Positions 28,801-38,050 of a DNA stretch of 64,000 bases are shown piece after piece (position 1 is the first letter of the stretch; each line of letters starts with the position of its first letter). The stretch is from Octopus bimaculoides (Eukaryota). The stretch lies in contig NC_068984.1 in NCBI RefSeq assembly GCF_001194135.2, positions 105,098,103 through 105,162,102 on the forward strand, written 5' to 3'. The notes beneath the pieces are model-generated. The model was not told where the DNA came from, did no database searches, and saw nothing but the letters and a program-made list of their open reading frames with translations. A program made the position numbers and the translations under genes.

Positions 28801-31800
28801 TTCCTTTTTATTGTTCTTTTACTGTTTACTTTTCTATATTTTTTGTGTTTTATTTTATGTACTGTGCATGCACTTCTAGCTTTCATTGCTGTCCTTTACT
28901 TGAGTTATTGTTGCCTTCATTTCAATCCTCCTCTTTTACCCTTTTCCAATAAGTTGTAATACACATGAGCACTATAAATTGGAGGCTCATTGTATTATTA
29001 TAGTACTATCTTTTAGTACTCCATTTTTGAGCATGCCTTACTATTGAAACCATCTTTTATTACTTATCATTTGGCATAATTTTACTAAATGACAATTAAA
29101 ATATGATTGTAAATTTATATGTTATAGGAATGCATAAATGTTTGCTACAAATGTAATATTTTTTTTTTTTAATATTTCAGGTAACAACCGATCTGCGAAG
29201 AGGTTGCACTGAAACACATACTGGAACAAGTGCTAGTGCTCCTTTGGCTGCTGGTTTATGTGCTTTGGCATTACAAGCAAAGTAAGCAGCTACATTTATT
29301 AAGTCTTTTCTTTTTTTTACTTCAGCATTACAAAGAAAGCAAATAACTCTATTAAATACTTTCTTTTACATTACAGGCAATGTAAAAGGCTATGCTTATT
29401 AAGTCTTATTTCATATTTAGACTTTTCTTAAATAATTGTTTATTGTTTAGTTTGCAGTATTTAAATCACTGATTTAAATTTAAAATCTGATACAATCTAA
29501 TCTTTACTTGCATTTGTATTGATAATCGAATTTTAAAGTAATTTATAACAAACTTTATTATGCATTTACTTTTCTTTAGTTCAATGTTAACATGGCGTGA
29601 TATGCAACATATAGTTGTTATGACAGCTAAACCTGAAAATCTACGTGCTCAAGATTGGCTTATAAATGGAATTGGCCGTAAAGGTAAATATAATTTGTGT
29701 AGGAAATATTAATTTTAATATATGTGAAGTATGACATCCATTTGAAGACATTAAAAATTTTGATTTTCAAATTATCGTTAAACTAATTTGCATTACACAA
29801 AACATACTACAGTTCAGAGAGAAATTTAGCTTGCAGCTAGGTGTCCACCAGGGCTCAATTTTCAGCCAGCCCCTCATATTTATTATAGTTCTTTAAACCA
29901 TAACAAAGGAGTTTAAGAACCAGTTGTTCATGGGAACTTCTGTTTGTTGTTGGTTTAGTTTTCATATTTGATTTGATCTAAGAATAATTTCAGAAAAGAG
30001 AGAAAGTAAGTTGGAATTAAGTATCACATGTATTTCAACTGAATTGCAAAAATTTTCTTTCTTTGCGGAATTGTAATTTCTCTTTAAAAGTTGTCTTTTG
30101 TTTTATGTGCAATATTATGTGAGTCCAATGATTAGTTAACAGCTCAAGTCCCTCCATATAGTGCTGACTCCACCTAACACTAGTAATGAAGTTGCTAGGC
30201 ATTGTGCCTATCTTCTTTGTGATTTGAAAAACCTTGAGATGAAGGTCAGTTGCACTGACTCCAATGTCAACCATTCTTCCAACCAGTCAGAAATGCTGCA
30301 AGTTTTCCCCTGTCTGCTTTCTTCAACTTCAGCATCAATTTAAGTTTGGATTTGTTTTTGAGTCAGAGTTAGGTACTGGACTGAGAATGTACCCGGTCCC
30401 CATTTTCCTCTATACATAAGACTGATTTCAATGGTTTTGTACTTGAGTATGATGTTGGCTTACACGCCATAGTCAAGAATGACACAGTAATGTTTACACA
30501 TTTTACTTATTAATGTAGCAATTTTTGATTCAGTGATGTTTCACTATCACCATTTTGTCTAAAGGAATCTGTCAACTATTTTAGGGAAAACAAAATAGTT
30601 TTCAGTAATCAATATTGAATAGTTATATTACACCAATCATGTAATTTCCACAGTAGTAAATATTTACAGTCTACACCTGTAAATTTCAATGGTCACTTTT
30701 GAATTCACTTTTTATCTCATTTGGGATGCATGGAATTCTTCAGTGTATTTTATACAGCAATTATAATAAATCTGACTAAAATCTCCTTTTGCTATACACC
30801 ATAATTCTATCTATCTATCAACCTACCTACCTACCTACCTACCTACCTACCTACCTTCCTACCTATCTCTCTACCTACCTATCTATCTACCTGTCTGTCT
30901 GCCTCACTCACCCACCCACCCTCTCTGTTTGTCTGTATGTATGTACCTGAAATATCTCAGAAACAGTATATTTTATCTTTATTTTTTTTTTTTGCATGTA
31001 TATTTTCATACTTATCTTCAGCAAGTACAAATTTTTGTGATATTAGACCTCTATTAATGGAAATGATTAAGCACAATTTTTGTTTGTTATTTCTTGACGA
31101 AAAAAACATGGCTTCCATGATGTCTGCATACATACATACAGTATACACACATATATAATGAATGTCATGATGTAACAATCAACACAAACACATGTCCACT
31201 ATCTGTGACATATACACACACACAGTCTTCATGCTCTCTAAAAAAAAAAACATTGACTTTTTGACGTACACAATATTTTAATCATTTAGAAATATTTTTT
31301 ACTGAATGTGATTTCAAAAATGTAAGTTGTTTGTACAGTAAATATTTATGTTTTAGCTTTCTTTAAACAGACAATATTTTAATGTTTTTTTTTTAATTAT
31401 TTTCAAGTTAATGATGATCTTTTGCTTTGACTCTCAGAACTGTCATCCGGAGTTCGTTAATTTCTGTAAAAAATTTTTATTTATTTACTTTTGTTTTAAA
31501 GTGAAAGAGAGGAGAAAGTGAAAGATATATGTATGTTTATTTGAAATGGATGGGTGTGTGTGAAAGAGAGAGAGAGAAAAAAGAGAGTGAGTGAAGGGCT
31601 GTGTTGTCATGTATACGTACATACATCAGTACATATACATACATCTTTTTTGTATGTATATGTGCAAGTATGTGTGAGAAAGAGTGAGTGAATGTGTGTG
31701 TTTTCATGTATGTGTAAGTGGCACTCACTCTCTCTCTCACACACACACATACACACGTCCATTTCATATACATGTTGATCTTTCACTTTAAAACAAAAGT

Positions 31801-32520
31801 AAATAAATAAAAAAAATTTTACGGAAATGCTACTCCTTGTTGCTAGATAGTCTTGGTTTGTTGACTCTATCAAACAAAGCAAATCTCTCGAGATTTTGAA
31901 AATTTTAACATTTGAAATTATGAAAACCATTTTCATGGTCTTCTTTAAAATTTTCTCTTATAGTGAGTCATTCTTTTGGATATGGTTTGATGGATGCTGC
32001 TGAAATGGTATCTTTAGCCAAAAACTGGACCACTGTGCCAAAACAACAAGTATGTGAAATCCGTTATCCTGAAAAAAGCAGGTAAATACTGTTTTAAAAT
32101 GTACATTATTGAATTTTAAGATTAACTAAGACTTAGGTAATATTGCAGTTGGTTTCATTTTTATGTCATTTTACTGTAGAATATATAGTTGACCGCTTGA
32201 AAAAAAAAAAAAACTCACTGTCTTCTGCTCCTGATTGCTTCTTCTTGGTGCTAGCTTCATATATTAAAATGATATGTATTTGTAATTATAGTTAGAATAA
32301 TGTCCCTTGACTTAGAATGTAACAGGATTTCAGTAACATCTCTCTACATTTTGATAAAGTAATTTAAACAGATGTTTTTCTCTATTACATATGTATATTG
32401 GGTTCCTTTTTCATGTTATATTTGTTCTAGTTTTCTTTTCTTTTTTTTATGTTTCTTGTAAAATCTATTGTTGGTTTCTTATTGTGATATAAAGCAGATG
32501 TTGAATTACAGATTCACTAC

Positions 32521-32555
<35 letters not shown>

Positions 32556-33269
32556 TTTCCTCTATTAACTGTTTTCCATAATTTTCTTCAAACATAAATT
32601 GTTATTCTAATGCTGTCATTCAGACATTATCAATTTTTCTGCATTCACTTTAAACAAGAAATATTTTTGAACTTATTCAGTCATTATAAGACTCACGTTC
32701 CTATTTTGACCTTTTCTTCTTCCCCCTTGTTCACTCTAGAACTGCTATCCCATTCTCACAAAGGTTTTGGCTCCAGTGCCAGTGCTGTAAAAACTTGGAT
32801 TTTCTCTCTAAGTCTGATGAAAGGCACTGTTTGTTCCTCTCGCAGGGTTACCCTACATCTTTAGTCAACTCTACATCTCAGCAAGTTTAGGCCATTGACA
32901 AAGCTTTCTTAGTGGAATATTTTCCACAACTTTCATTGCTTTTTTGCTGTTCCTTTTCTTTCTTCTTTTTCAAAAGAGACAAAAATATGACCTCTTAACT
33001 TGAAGCTTCTTCCTCACACTGTAATACACTCCCAGCCACCTTCAAATGTTCTGCCCCATTTTGTAGCTACTGTCTCTTTATCTCCAACACCACACTCCAA
33101 ACTGTCTCTAGTTTAATTCTTTGTCACCACCTGCATTTTAATTTCACCTTCACCAACCTCATATTTTATATCCAGTGTAAACTCTCTAATGTGTGGCTAT
33201 ATGTAGCATATATGTTTATGTTTAATAGCATATATGTGACTGATCTGAGAAGTGTGTATGGTTGTAAAA

Positions 33270-33308
<39 letters not shown>

Positions 33309-34858
33309 TTTGTGTTTACACTTACAGGAAACTGCTGAAGGGGGAGGTAATGTAACAAATGTTGAAGGGAGTGGTAATGTAACAAGTGTTGAAGGGGGTG
33401 GTAATGTAACAAGTGTTGAAGGTGGAGGCCATGTAATAAGTGTTGAAGGCAGAGGCCAAGTAACAAGTGTTTGTAATTATAATCATAATCACTTTGCAAA
33501 TATCCCATGCATAGCTGGATGTCCTTTAACTGTTTTTCAAGTAAGGGATCACTTATTCTACACAGATTCAAAGATAGGAAGTGTTCTGACTTGTTGATAG
33601 GGGAAGCTAACAACAGTGCATGCTGCATTTTCAACCAAGCAACTGATGTTGTAAACAGACACACAGTCACATGTGCATGTATACATATATGTATATGCAG
33701 GATAACAAGAAAGCGATGTGTGGGTGGCGAGAAAGACATAGTGCATTGGAAGAGTGAAAGATGTTTGGTGATATGGGCAAGTCAATAGGAAGTGGAGTAA
33801 AGAGAGAGAGGAGAAATAATCTGTAACATAGATGAGTGAAGTGATCAATGTAAAGTGTGAGTGGGGAGGGACAATATAAGAATGAAAGATGGCTGTCTAG
33901 TGAAGTTATTTTGAGAAGAAAGGCAACTGGTATCATAGTGAACATGGTAAAATATGTAGTTCTTACCTTATTGAAATACAGCAGGAGACTACTGCAACCA
34001 GGCAGGTTACAGAGGGCTAGATCAGTGATGGATAATGAAGGGATAGATGGAGATTTGATGTGGAAATTAGGCAAGGGGTCCATTGAGTATATGCACATTA
34101 TGCTTCCAGAAGCTTGGTTTTGCCATGATGAGCAGGTCTCCTTGGGCATTGCAGATTCCCAGTCAGCCTGATCCTTTATCATCTCCTCCATGAGATTCAA
34201 GTTCCTGAGATCAGCATTTATCACTTCATCCCATGACTTTTTTGGTCTCCCACTTCCATAAGTTCCATCCACTTTAAGCAATCAGCATTTATACAGCTAT
34301 CCTTAACCCAATGCATCCGCGTGGCCATGACCATACAAATACAATACATATGTCTGTGTATATTAAACTTTTCTTTTGCATAGCATAATATTTATTCCAC
34401 TGTTTTCACTACTTCTGTTACCATTTTCTGACTTATAGTATGGTTTGTTTCCTTGAATTTTATTGTTTTTACTGTATATTTGACAATAACCTACTGTCTT
34501 ACAAAAGGATAATTGTTATGTCTAGTCTTACAATTTTTCATTCGTTTAATTTACAGAGTTGTCCCTCCAAATAGCAGAGTGACTGCTGCTCTTTATTCTA
34601 CTGGCTGTGAAGGAAGAAATAACCATGTAAAATATTTAGAACATGTGCAGGCACGTGTTACATTAACATCAGACCGTCGAGGAGAAATACAAATTTTCTT
34701 AACTTCACCAATGGGGACAAGATCAACTTTGCTTGCTCGAAGAACCAGAGATACTTCACAAGATGGATTTAGCAATTGGGCTTTCATGACAACACATAAT
34801 TGGGGAGAGTTTGCCAAAGGAACTTGGATGCTAGAAATTGAGAATGGAGCAAGTGCAT
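5816..34858 (+). CDS. FURIN: Furin-like proprotein convertase (kexin/S8B family, Fur1-type), spliced partial gene model of 10 exons; 5' and 3' exons not in window
   Basis: join(5816-5905,6011-6139,15915-15991,19234-19322,19447-19619,26769-26981,29181-29281,29580-29683,31964-32081,34557-34858). All introns are GT-AG and the phases join into one open frame. Motifs: [78 protein letters not shown] and [18 protein letters not shown] are furin-type rather than PC1/PC2/PC5-type. Confidence 0.97.
6011..6139 (+). CDS. FURIN: Furin exon B (129 nt): [43 protein letters not shown]; catalytic Asp at 6095-6097
   Basis: Acceptor tatcttgtag, donor gtgagt; phase 0/0. Confidence 0.97.
6632..6976. repeat. (TA)n/(GA)n microsatellite spanning assembly gap 6721-6936
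   Basis: Directly visible. Confidence 0.95.
8311..8940. repeat. Assembly gap 8320-8572 followed by a compound (TG/TATG)n low-complexity repeat
   Basis: Directly visible; explains the H/T/Y-rich spurious ORFs here. Confidence 0.9.
9030..9260 (-). mobile_element. RTE-tail repeat family copy
   Basis: catcatc..tttccgtgctagc...cccttttctaatgccaac-like core in reverse orientation. Confidence 0.65.
9358..11104 (-). mobile_element. Degenerate MULE (Mutator-like) DNA transposon
   Basis: ORF fragments [36 protein letters not shown] and [25 protein letters not shown] are MULE transposase C-terminal motifs. Ends carry inverted arrays of aaattt(a)gctgtaaacatttttgct..ggaaaatt subrepeats (about 9376-9430 versus 11000-11095). 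Boundaries are approximate. Confidence 0.8.
11536..13241 (+). mobile_element. Mariner (D,D34D-type) element, degenerate, interrupted by a Tc1 insertion and a gap
   Basis: 28-bp TIRs at 11536-11563 and 13214-13241 (24/28 identical), each flanked by TA. 12925-13168 encodes a frameshifted [67 protein letters not shown]. Confidence 0.85.
11610..12274 (-). mobile_element. Tc1-family transposase pseudogene (3' half) with one TIR
   Basis: VIFSDESSF...GSVMIWGAISW...[13 protein letters not shown]...[13 protein letters not shown]...IQAVITAKG. Has a premature TAG, a frameshift and the second catalytic Asp changed to Asn. TIR-like cagaggttggacaaaataatggaaacacct at 11610. Runs into gap 12275-12924. Confidence 0.9.
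13640..13830 (+). mobile_element. RTE-tail repeat family copy, diverged
   Basis: cactctgtaaagtggttgacatttggaaggg...catagaaagtggatgcaaaaatgat. Confidence 0.6.
13867..14375 (-). mobile_element. Long, well-preserved RTE-tail repeat copy with internal cacgtgccactggcac subrepeats
   Basis: (CAT)n tail, then gtttaac..tttccatgc..catgggttgg...ctacagctggatgcccttcctaatgccaacc; closely similar to the 37421 and 48369 copies. Confidence 0.85.
15055..15270 (-). mobile_element. RTE-tail repeat family copy
   Basis: cttccatgctggaatgggtttgacagtttgac...actggatgctcttcctagcc. Confidence 0.65.
15915..15991 (+). CDS. FURIN: Furin exon C (77 nt): [25 protein letters not shown](R)
   Basis: Acceptor ttattttcag, donor gtaaga; phase 0/2; ASYDVND.DPDP.PRY motif. 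Confidence 0.96.
16215..16400 (+). mobile_element. tRNA-derived SINE
   Basis: Pol III B-box GGTTCAATCC at 16266-16275, followed by the family core ctactatagccttggg...gtgagtgaaatttggt..ggaaactg and a (CA) tail. Confidence 0.65.
16490..16730 (-). mobile_element. tRNA-derived SINE, inverted copy
   Basis: cttctttcagtttctaacaaatccactcacaaggct...atagaagaagacacttgccca is the reverse of the 26013 core. Confidence 0.65.
19234..19322 (+). CDS. FURIN: Furin exon D (89 nt): [29 protein letters not shown](G); catalytic His at 19235-19237
   Basis: Acceptor tgcatttcag, donor gtaagc; phase 2/1. Confidence 0.97.
19447..19619 (+). CDS. FURIN: Furin exon E (173 nt): [57 protein letters not shown]
   Basis: Acceptor attttccag, donor gtaaca; phase 1/0; overlaps ORF 19416..19637. 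Confidence 0.97.
22490..22790 (-). mobile_element. CR1/Jockey-group LINE 3' fragment
   Basis: SKHPY...[20 protein letters not shown] resembles the HPY...LWNSLP...FK.. RT C-terminus. Confidence 0.55.
23032..23610 (-). mobile_element. RTE-clade LINE 3' fragment with a 26-bp tandem repeat (x4, about 23095-23200) in its 3' UTR
   Basis: RLERNE...[20 protein letters not shown]...[16 protein letters not shown]; repeat unit cacaggtgcctctcacgtgtcaccag; ends in the shared tail. Confidence 0.85.
24462..25886. repeat. Minisatellite with a 32-bp unit (gaccaacatatctgagtaacactcagcaaata), about 7 degenerate units, split by a mariner
   Basis: Units lie at about 24462-24510 and 25741-25886; each has the palindrome ctgagt-aac-actcag. 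Confidence 0.7.
24511..25738 (-). mobile_element. Near-full-length mariner pseudogene (about 1.2 kb)
   Basis: Minus strand gives VIKYLQKKG...FKRGRESL...RWVPH...[15 protein letters not shown]...[11 protein letters not shown]...[18 protein letters not shown] with stops and frameshifts. TIR core ctgaaaagttcatagg(c/t)tgac is at both ends; TA at 25739-25740. Confidence 0.9.
26013..26336 (+). mobile_element. tRNA-derived SINE (best-preserved copy of this family)
   Basis: A-box-like tggctgtgtggt at 26022-26033, degenerate B-box at about 26064-26074, family core and internal (TG)n; related copies elsewhere in the window. Confidence 0.8.
26769..26981 (+). CDS. FURIN: Furin exon F (213 nt): [71 protein letters not shown]; contains the oxyanion-hole Asn
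   Basis: Acceptor ctttttttag, donor gtaagt; phase 0/0. Confidence 0.97.
27540..28790 (+). mobile_element. CR1-group LINE RT pseudogene fragment
   Basis: Degenerate motifs in the expected order: [33 protein letters not shown] (YADD remnant), [37 protein letters not shown]. Confidence 0.7.
29181..29281 (+). CDS. FURIN: Furin exon G (101 nt): [33 protein letters not shown](N); catalytic Ser at 29229-29231
   Basis: Poly-T plus aatatttcag acceptor, donor gtaagc; phase 0/2. Confidence 0.97.
29580..29683 (+). CDS. FURIN: Furin exon H (104 nt): [34 protein letters not shown](V)
   Basis: Acceptor ttttctttag, donor gtaaat; phase 2/1. Confidence 0.96.
30807..30900. repeat. (CTAT)n/(CTAC)n tetranucleotide microsatellite
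   Basis: Directly visible. Confidence 0.95.
31964..32081 (+). CDS. FURIN: Furin exon I (118 nt): [38 protein letters not shown](R)
   Basis: Acceptor ctcttatag, donor gtaaat; phase 1/2; SH.FGYGL.DA motif. Confidence 0.96.
33337..33471 (+). repeat. 27-bp tandem repeat x5 (gaagggggtggtaatgtaacaagtgtt), reads as (EGGGNVTSV)n
   Basis: Units start at 33337, 33364, 33391, 33418 and 33445. Confidence 0.9.
34120..34340 (-). mobile_element. RTE-clade LINE 3' fragment
   Basis: [40 protein letters not shown] (start of ORF 33667..34281). Confidence 0.75.
34557..34858 (+). CDS. FURIN: Furin exon J (302 nt): most of the P domain, VVPPNSRV...[34 protein letters not shown]...[25 protein letters not shown]
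   Basis: Acceptor aatttacag, donor gtaagt at 34859; phase 2/1; lies within ORF 34513..34908. Confidence 0.95.
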
Positions 34859-36437
34859 GTAAGTTAACCGCATTTTCTTTCTTTTTTTATATCAATCTCC
34901 TGCACTAGAATTTTACATCTCAGTCTCCATAGAAAGCTATCCCTACATCAGGTGTCTGAGCAATGTATTTCTAGTTTTTTAACCTAATATAAAGCTTTCA
35001 ACTTATTTCATATACTGAAGGACAAGAAAGAAATCTTTTTTTTTTGTCTCTCATATAAATTAGGAAAATGATATTTTCATTTATTTTTCTATTGGATTCA
35101 ATATATAATAGGTGGGTGTTTTTAAATTCTTAACAGTTTTTAAGGTAGAGTATTTGTGTTTTCAATTTATTTTACTTGTTCTTCGCTTTTAAGGGATGTG
35201 TTCTTTCTTTCAAATTATTTTGCTATTTTTCTCTTGCTCGATGAATTTAATATTTTACAAGGCTTGAAAGCTTGTAGTTTTTTATGACTTTTAAAAAATT
35301 CTAATAGAATTATTTAGCTTAATAATTTTTTTATTTTGAATGTTATAGCTTTCAGCACTTAAGATAAACATTTTTTTTAAAAAACTGCACTACTAAGAAT
35401 TAGATTTTAAATTTTGCTACATTGATTTTTATTTGTCTGGAAGAAAAATAAATGTTTACTATCAGAATTTAATGTAACTGTCCAATGACAAGGTGCTCAG
35501 CCAAGTTTATGCCCTTCAAACTCCAATATAAAACTTAGTTTGTTAAATGGAAGTGGGTAATATTTATTGAAATCCAGTAAGGAGTTATTTTTCTGTTCAC
35601 TAAAATATTTTTGCAATTATTATTTTGATGATGAAATAGAACCTGATCATTTTAAAATCCTAATGTTATTAAACTCTATTTTTTTTTCTATTTTTTTATT
35701 TTAATATTGGTTTATATTTCAACTATCAGAGATAGTTTCTAAAAGATAATTCCTTTTTTTTTTTTTTTTTCCACTGTAACCGGTAATGAATGTCTTAAGG
35801 CATTTTGTCTTCTGTTACCAAGGAAGAACTTGTCAATTCCACTATCCATTGTTATTGAAATTTGAATTTTTTTAATAATTAGCTGTTAAATATTTTTTAA
35901 TCATGCAAGCTTTAATTTGTCTGAAAATGTTATGAAGGCTGAATTCAAATACTTACTTACATTGTTTTTTTTTTCTTTTGTTTTTTCTTTTAATTTCATT
36001 CTATTTACTATTCTGTCTTCAGTTTGAAACAAATCTATTACCAGAAATATGACATTAATACTGATATAAATCAGATGTAAAAGTTACACATTATTTTCTC
36101 CTCTATACAATAACAGAATGCTATAAATGTTAGTATGACTTCAGTTTCATCTCTTTTGATGAAGCGACTATTGAGAATAGCTTCTTTGTTTAGTTAACCC
36201 TAAATTTAATATTACATATATATGAGGTAGATAGATAGCTTTATAACATATCTTGTGTCTGCAATAAGTTGTATAACAGCTACTGATTAATTTAAATAGG
36301 TATGTAGACTATCCTCAGCCATCTCCAGTATCCAATTGCACTTGCAATATTCAATGCAAAGGTTACAAACAACCATAGTAATGAAACATAGGGAACTTAT
36401 GTTATAAATTGTGCCCGTCATAATTTTTCATATATAT

Positions 36438-36537
36438 NNNNNNNNNNNNNNNNNNNNNNNNNNNNNNNNNNNNNNNNNNNNNNNNNNNNNNNNNNNNNNN
36501 NNNNNNNNNNNNNNNNNNNNNNNNNNNNNNNNNNNNN
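36438..36537. other. Assembly gap of exactly 100 N (often the convention for unknown size)
   Basis: N run flanked by (TA)n. Confidence 0.9.
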
Positions 36538-36538
36538 A

Positions 36539-36573
<35 letters not shown>

Positions 36574-36695
36574 GTCTGTATATGTATATATATGTCTGTA
36601 TATGTATATATATGTCTGTATATATATGTCTGTATATATATGTCTGTATATGTGTATATGTATGTTATGTATATATACATGTATATATGTATATT
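36538..36695. repeat. (TA)n and (tatatatgtctg)-like compound microsatellite
   Basis: Directly visible. Confidence 0.9.
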
Positions 36696-37019
36696 TATTT
36701 CTCAGCCTTAGATATACAAGGTTTGATAGACTCGTCTATAAATTAAAACTGACCCCACAAAAAAAAAAAAAATCACTGACAGGCAGTCTTCTTGACAATT
36801 TATTTATTAACTACTATGTTGTAGTGGAGACATGTTCTTTGTCTATCTCCTTAATTTCTTGGAGATTTTAGGTATTATTATACTAATGTGTCCATCTGTT
36901 CTAATTTAATTAAATTCTATGTCTTTGTGCAGCTGAGGATTGCTCTGCATTTTAAATTGATGTAATAATTACATTGTTCAATTAAATGGAGTTGCATGAA
37001 ATGATCGTACTGCATTTCC

Positions 37020-37266
37020 NNNNNNNNNNNNNNNNNNNNNNNNNNNNNNNNNNNNNNNNNNNNNNNNNNNNNNNNNNNNNNNNNNNNNNNNNNNNNNNNN
37101 NNNNNNNNNNNNNNNNNNNNNNNNNNNNNNNNNNNNNNNNNNNNNNNNNNNNNNNNNNNNNNNNNNNNNNNNNNNNNNNNNNNNNNNNNNNNNNNNNNNN
37201 NNNNNNNNNNNNNNNNNNNNNNNNNNNNNNNNNNNNNNNNNNNNNNNNNNNNNNNNNNNNNNNNNN

Positions 37267-37332
<66 letters not shown>

Positions 37333-37420
37333 TATGCATGTATATGTATATAGATATATATTTATATATGTATATACATATATATATATGTATATAGATA
37401 TATTTATATATGTATATAGA
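37020..37420. repeat. Assembly gap 37020-37266 followed by a (TA)n/(CA)n compound microsatellite
   Basis: Directly visible. Confidence 0.9.
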
Positions 37421-38050
37421 TCATCATCATCATCATCGTTTAACGTCTGCTTTCCATGCTAGCATGGGTTGGATGATTTGACTGAGGACTGGCAAGCCAA
37501 AAGGCTGCACCAGGCTCCAATCTAATCTGGCAGAGTTTCTACAGCTGGATGCCCTTCCTAATGCCAACCACTCCAAGAGTGTAGTGGGTGCTTTTACGTG
37601 TACAGTACTGGCAATGGCCATGCTCAAGAAGGTGTTTTTTACATGCCACCTGCATGGGATCTAGTCCAGCAGCACTGGCAATGACCTCACTCGAATGATT
37701 TTCTAATGTGCCACCAGCACAAGTGCTAGAAGGCAATGCTGGTAACAATTACGCTCAAATGGTGCTATTTATGGGCCACTAGCATGGAAGCCAGACAGCT
37801 GCTCTGGCAATGAAAACGCTCGACAGTGCTGTTAGTGCTCCACTGGTGCAGGTGCCAGTCATTGAGTATGGTTCAATTACGATTTCACTTGCCCCAACAG
37901 GTCTTCACAAGCAAAGTTTAGTGTCCAATGAAGGAGAGGTTGGCATGTGTGCCACTCGTCGGATTCTGTTCGATTTTGATTTCAGATTTCAAATTCCAAA
38001 TTCCAAATTCACTTGCCTCAATAGGTCTTTGCAAGCATGGTTTTTAGTGT
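37421..38050 (-). mobile_element. Long RTE-tail repeat copy
   Basis: (CAT)n-cgtttaacgtctgctttccatgctagcatgggttgg...ctacagctggatgcccttcctaatgccaacc; same organisation as 13867-14375. Confidence 0.85.

Noticed and set aside
29175-29186. cag|GTAACA at the start of exon G (and aag|GTG at exon A) as recursive splice sites
   Set aside because: Explained by conserved Val codons at the exon starts; the upstream intron of exon G is only 2.2 kb.
32814-32845. ctgatga followed by a short stem as a hammerhead ribozyme core (similar look at about 2545-2575 and 40850-40880)
   Set aside because: The required GAAA after stem II and stems I and III are missing.
36931-36954. Good acceptor (ctaat...ctttgtgcag) as the next furin exon
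   Set aside because: In phase 1 it reads SEDCSAF* with no similarity to the P-domain end; the other frames also close quickly.
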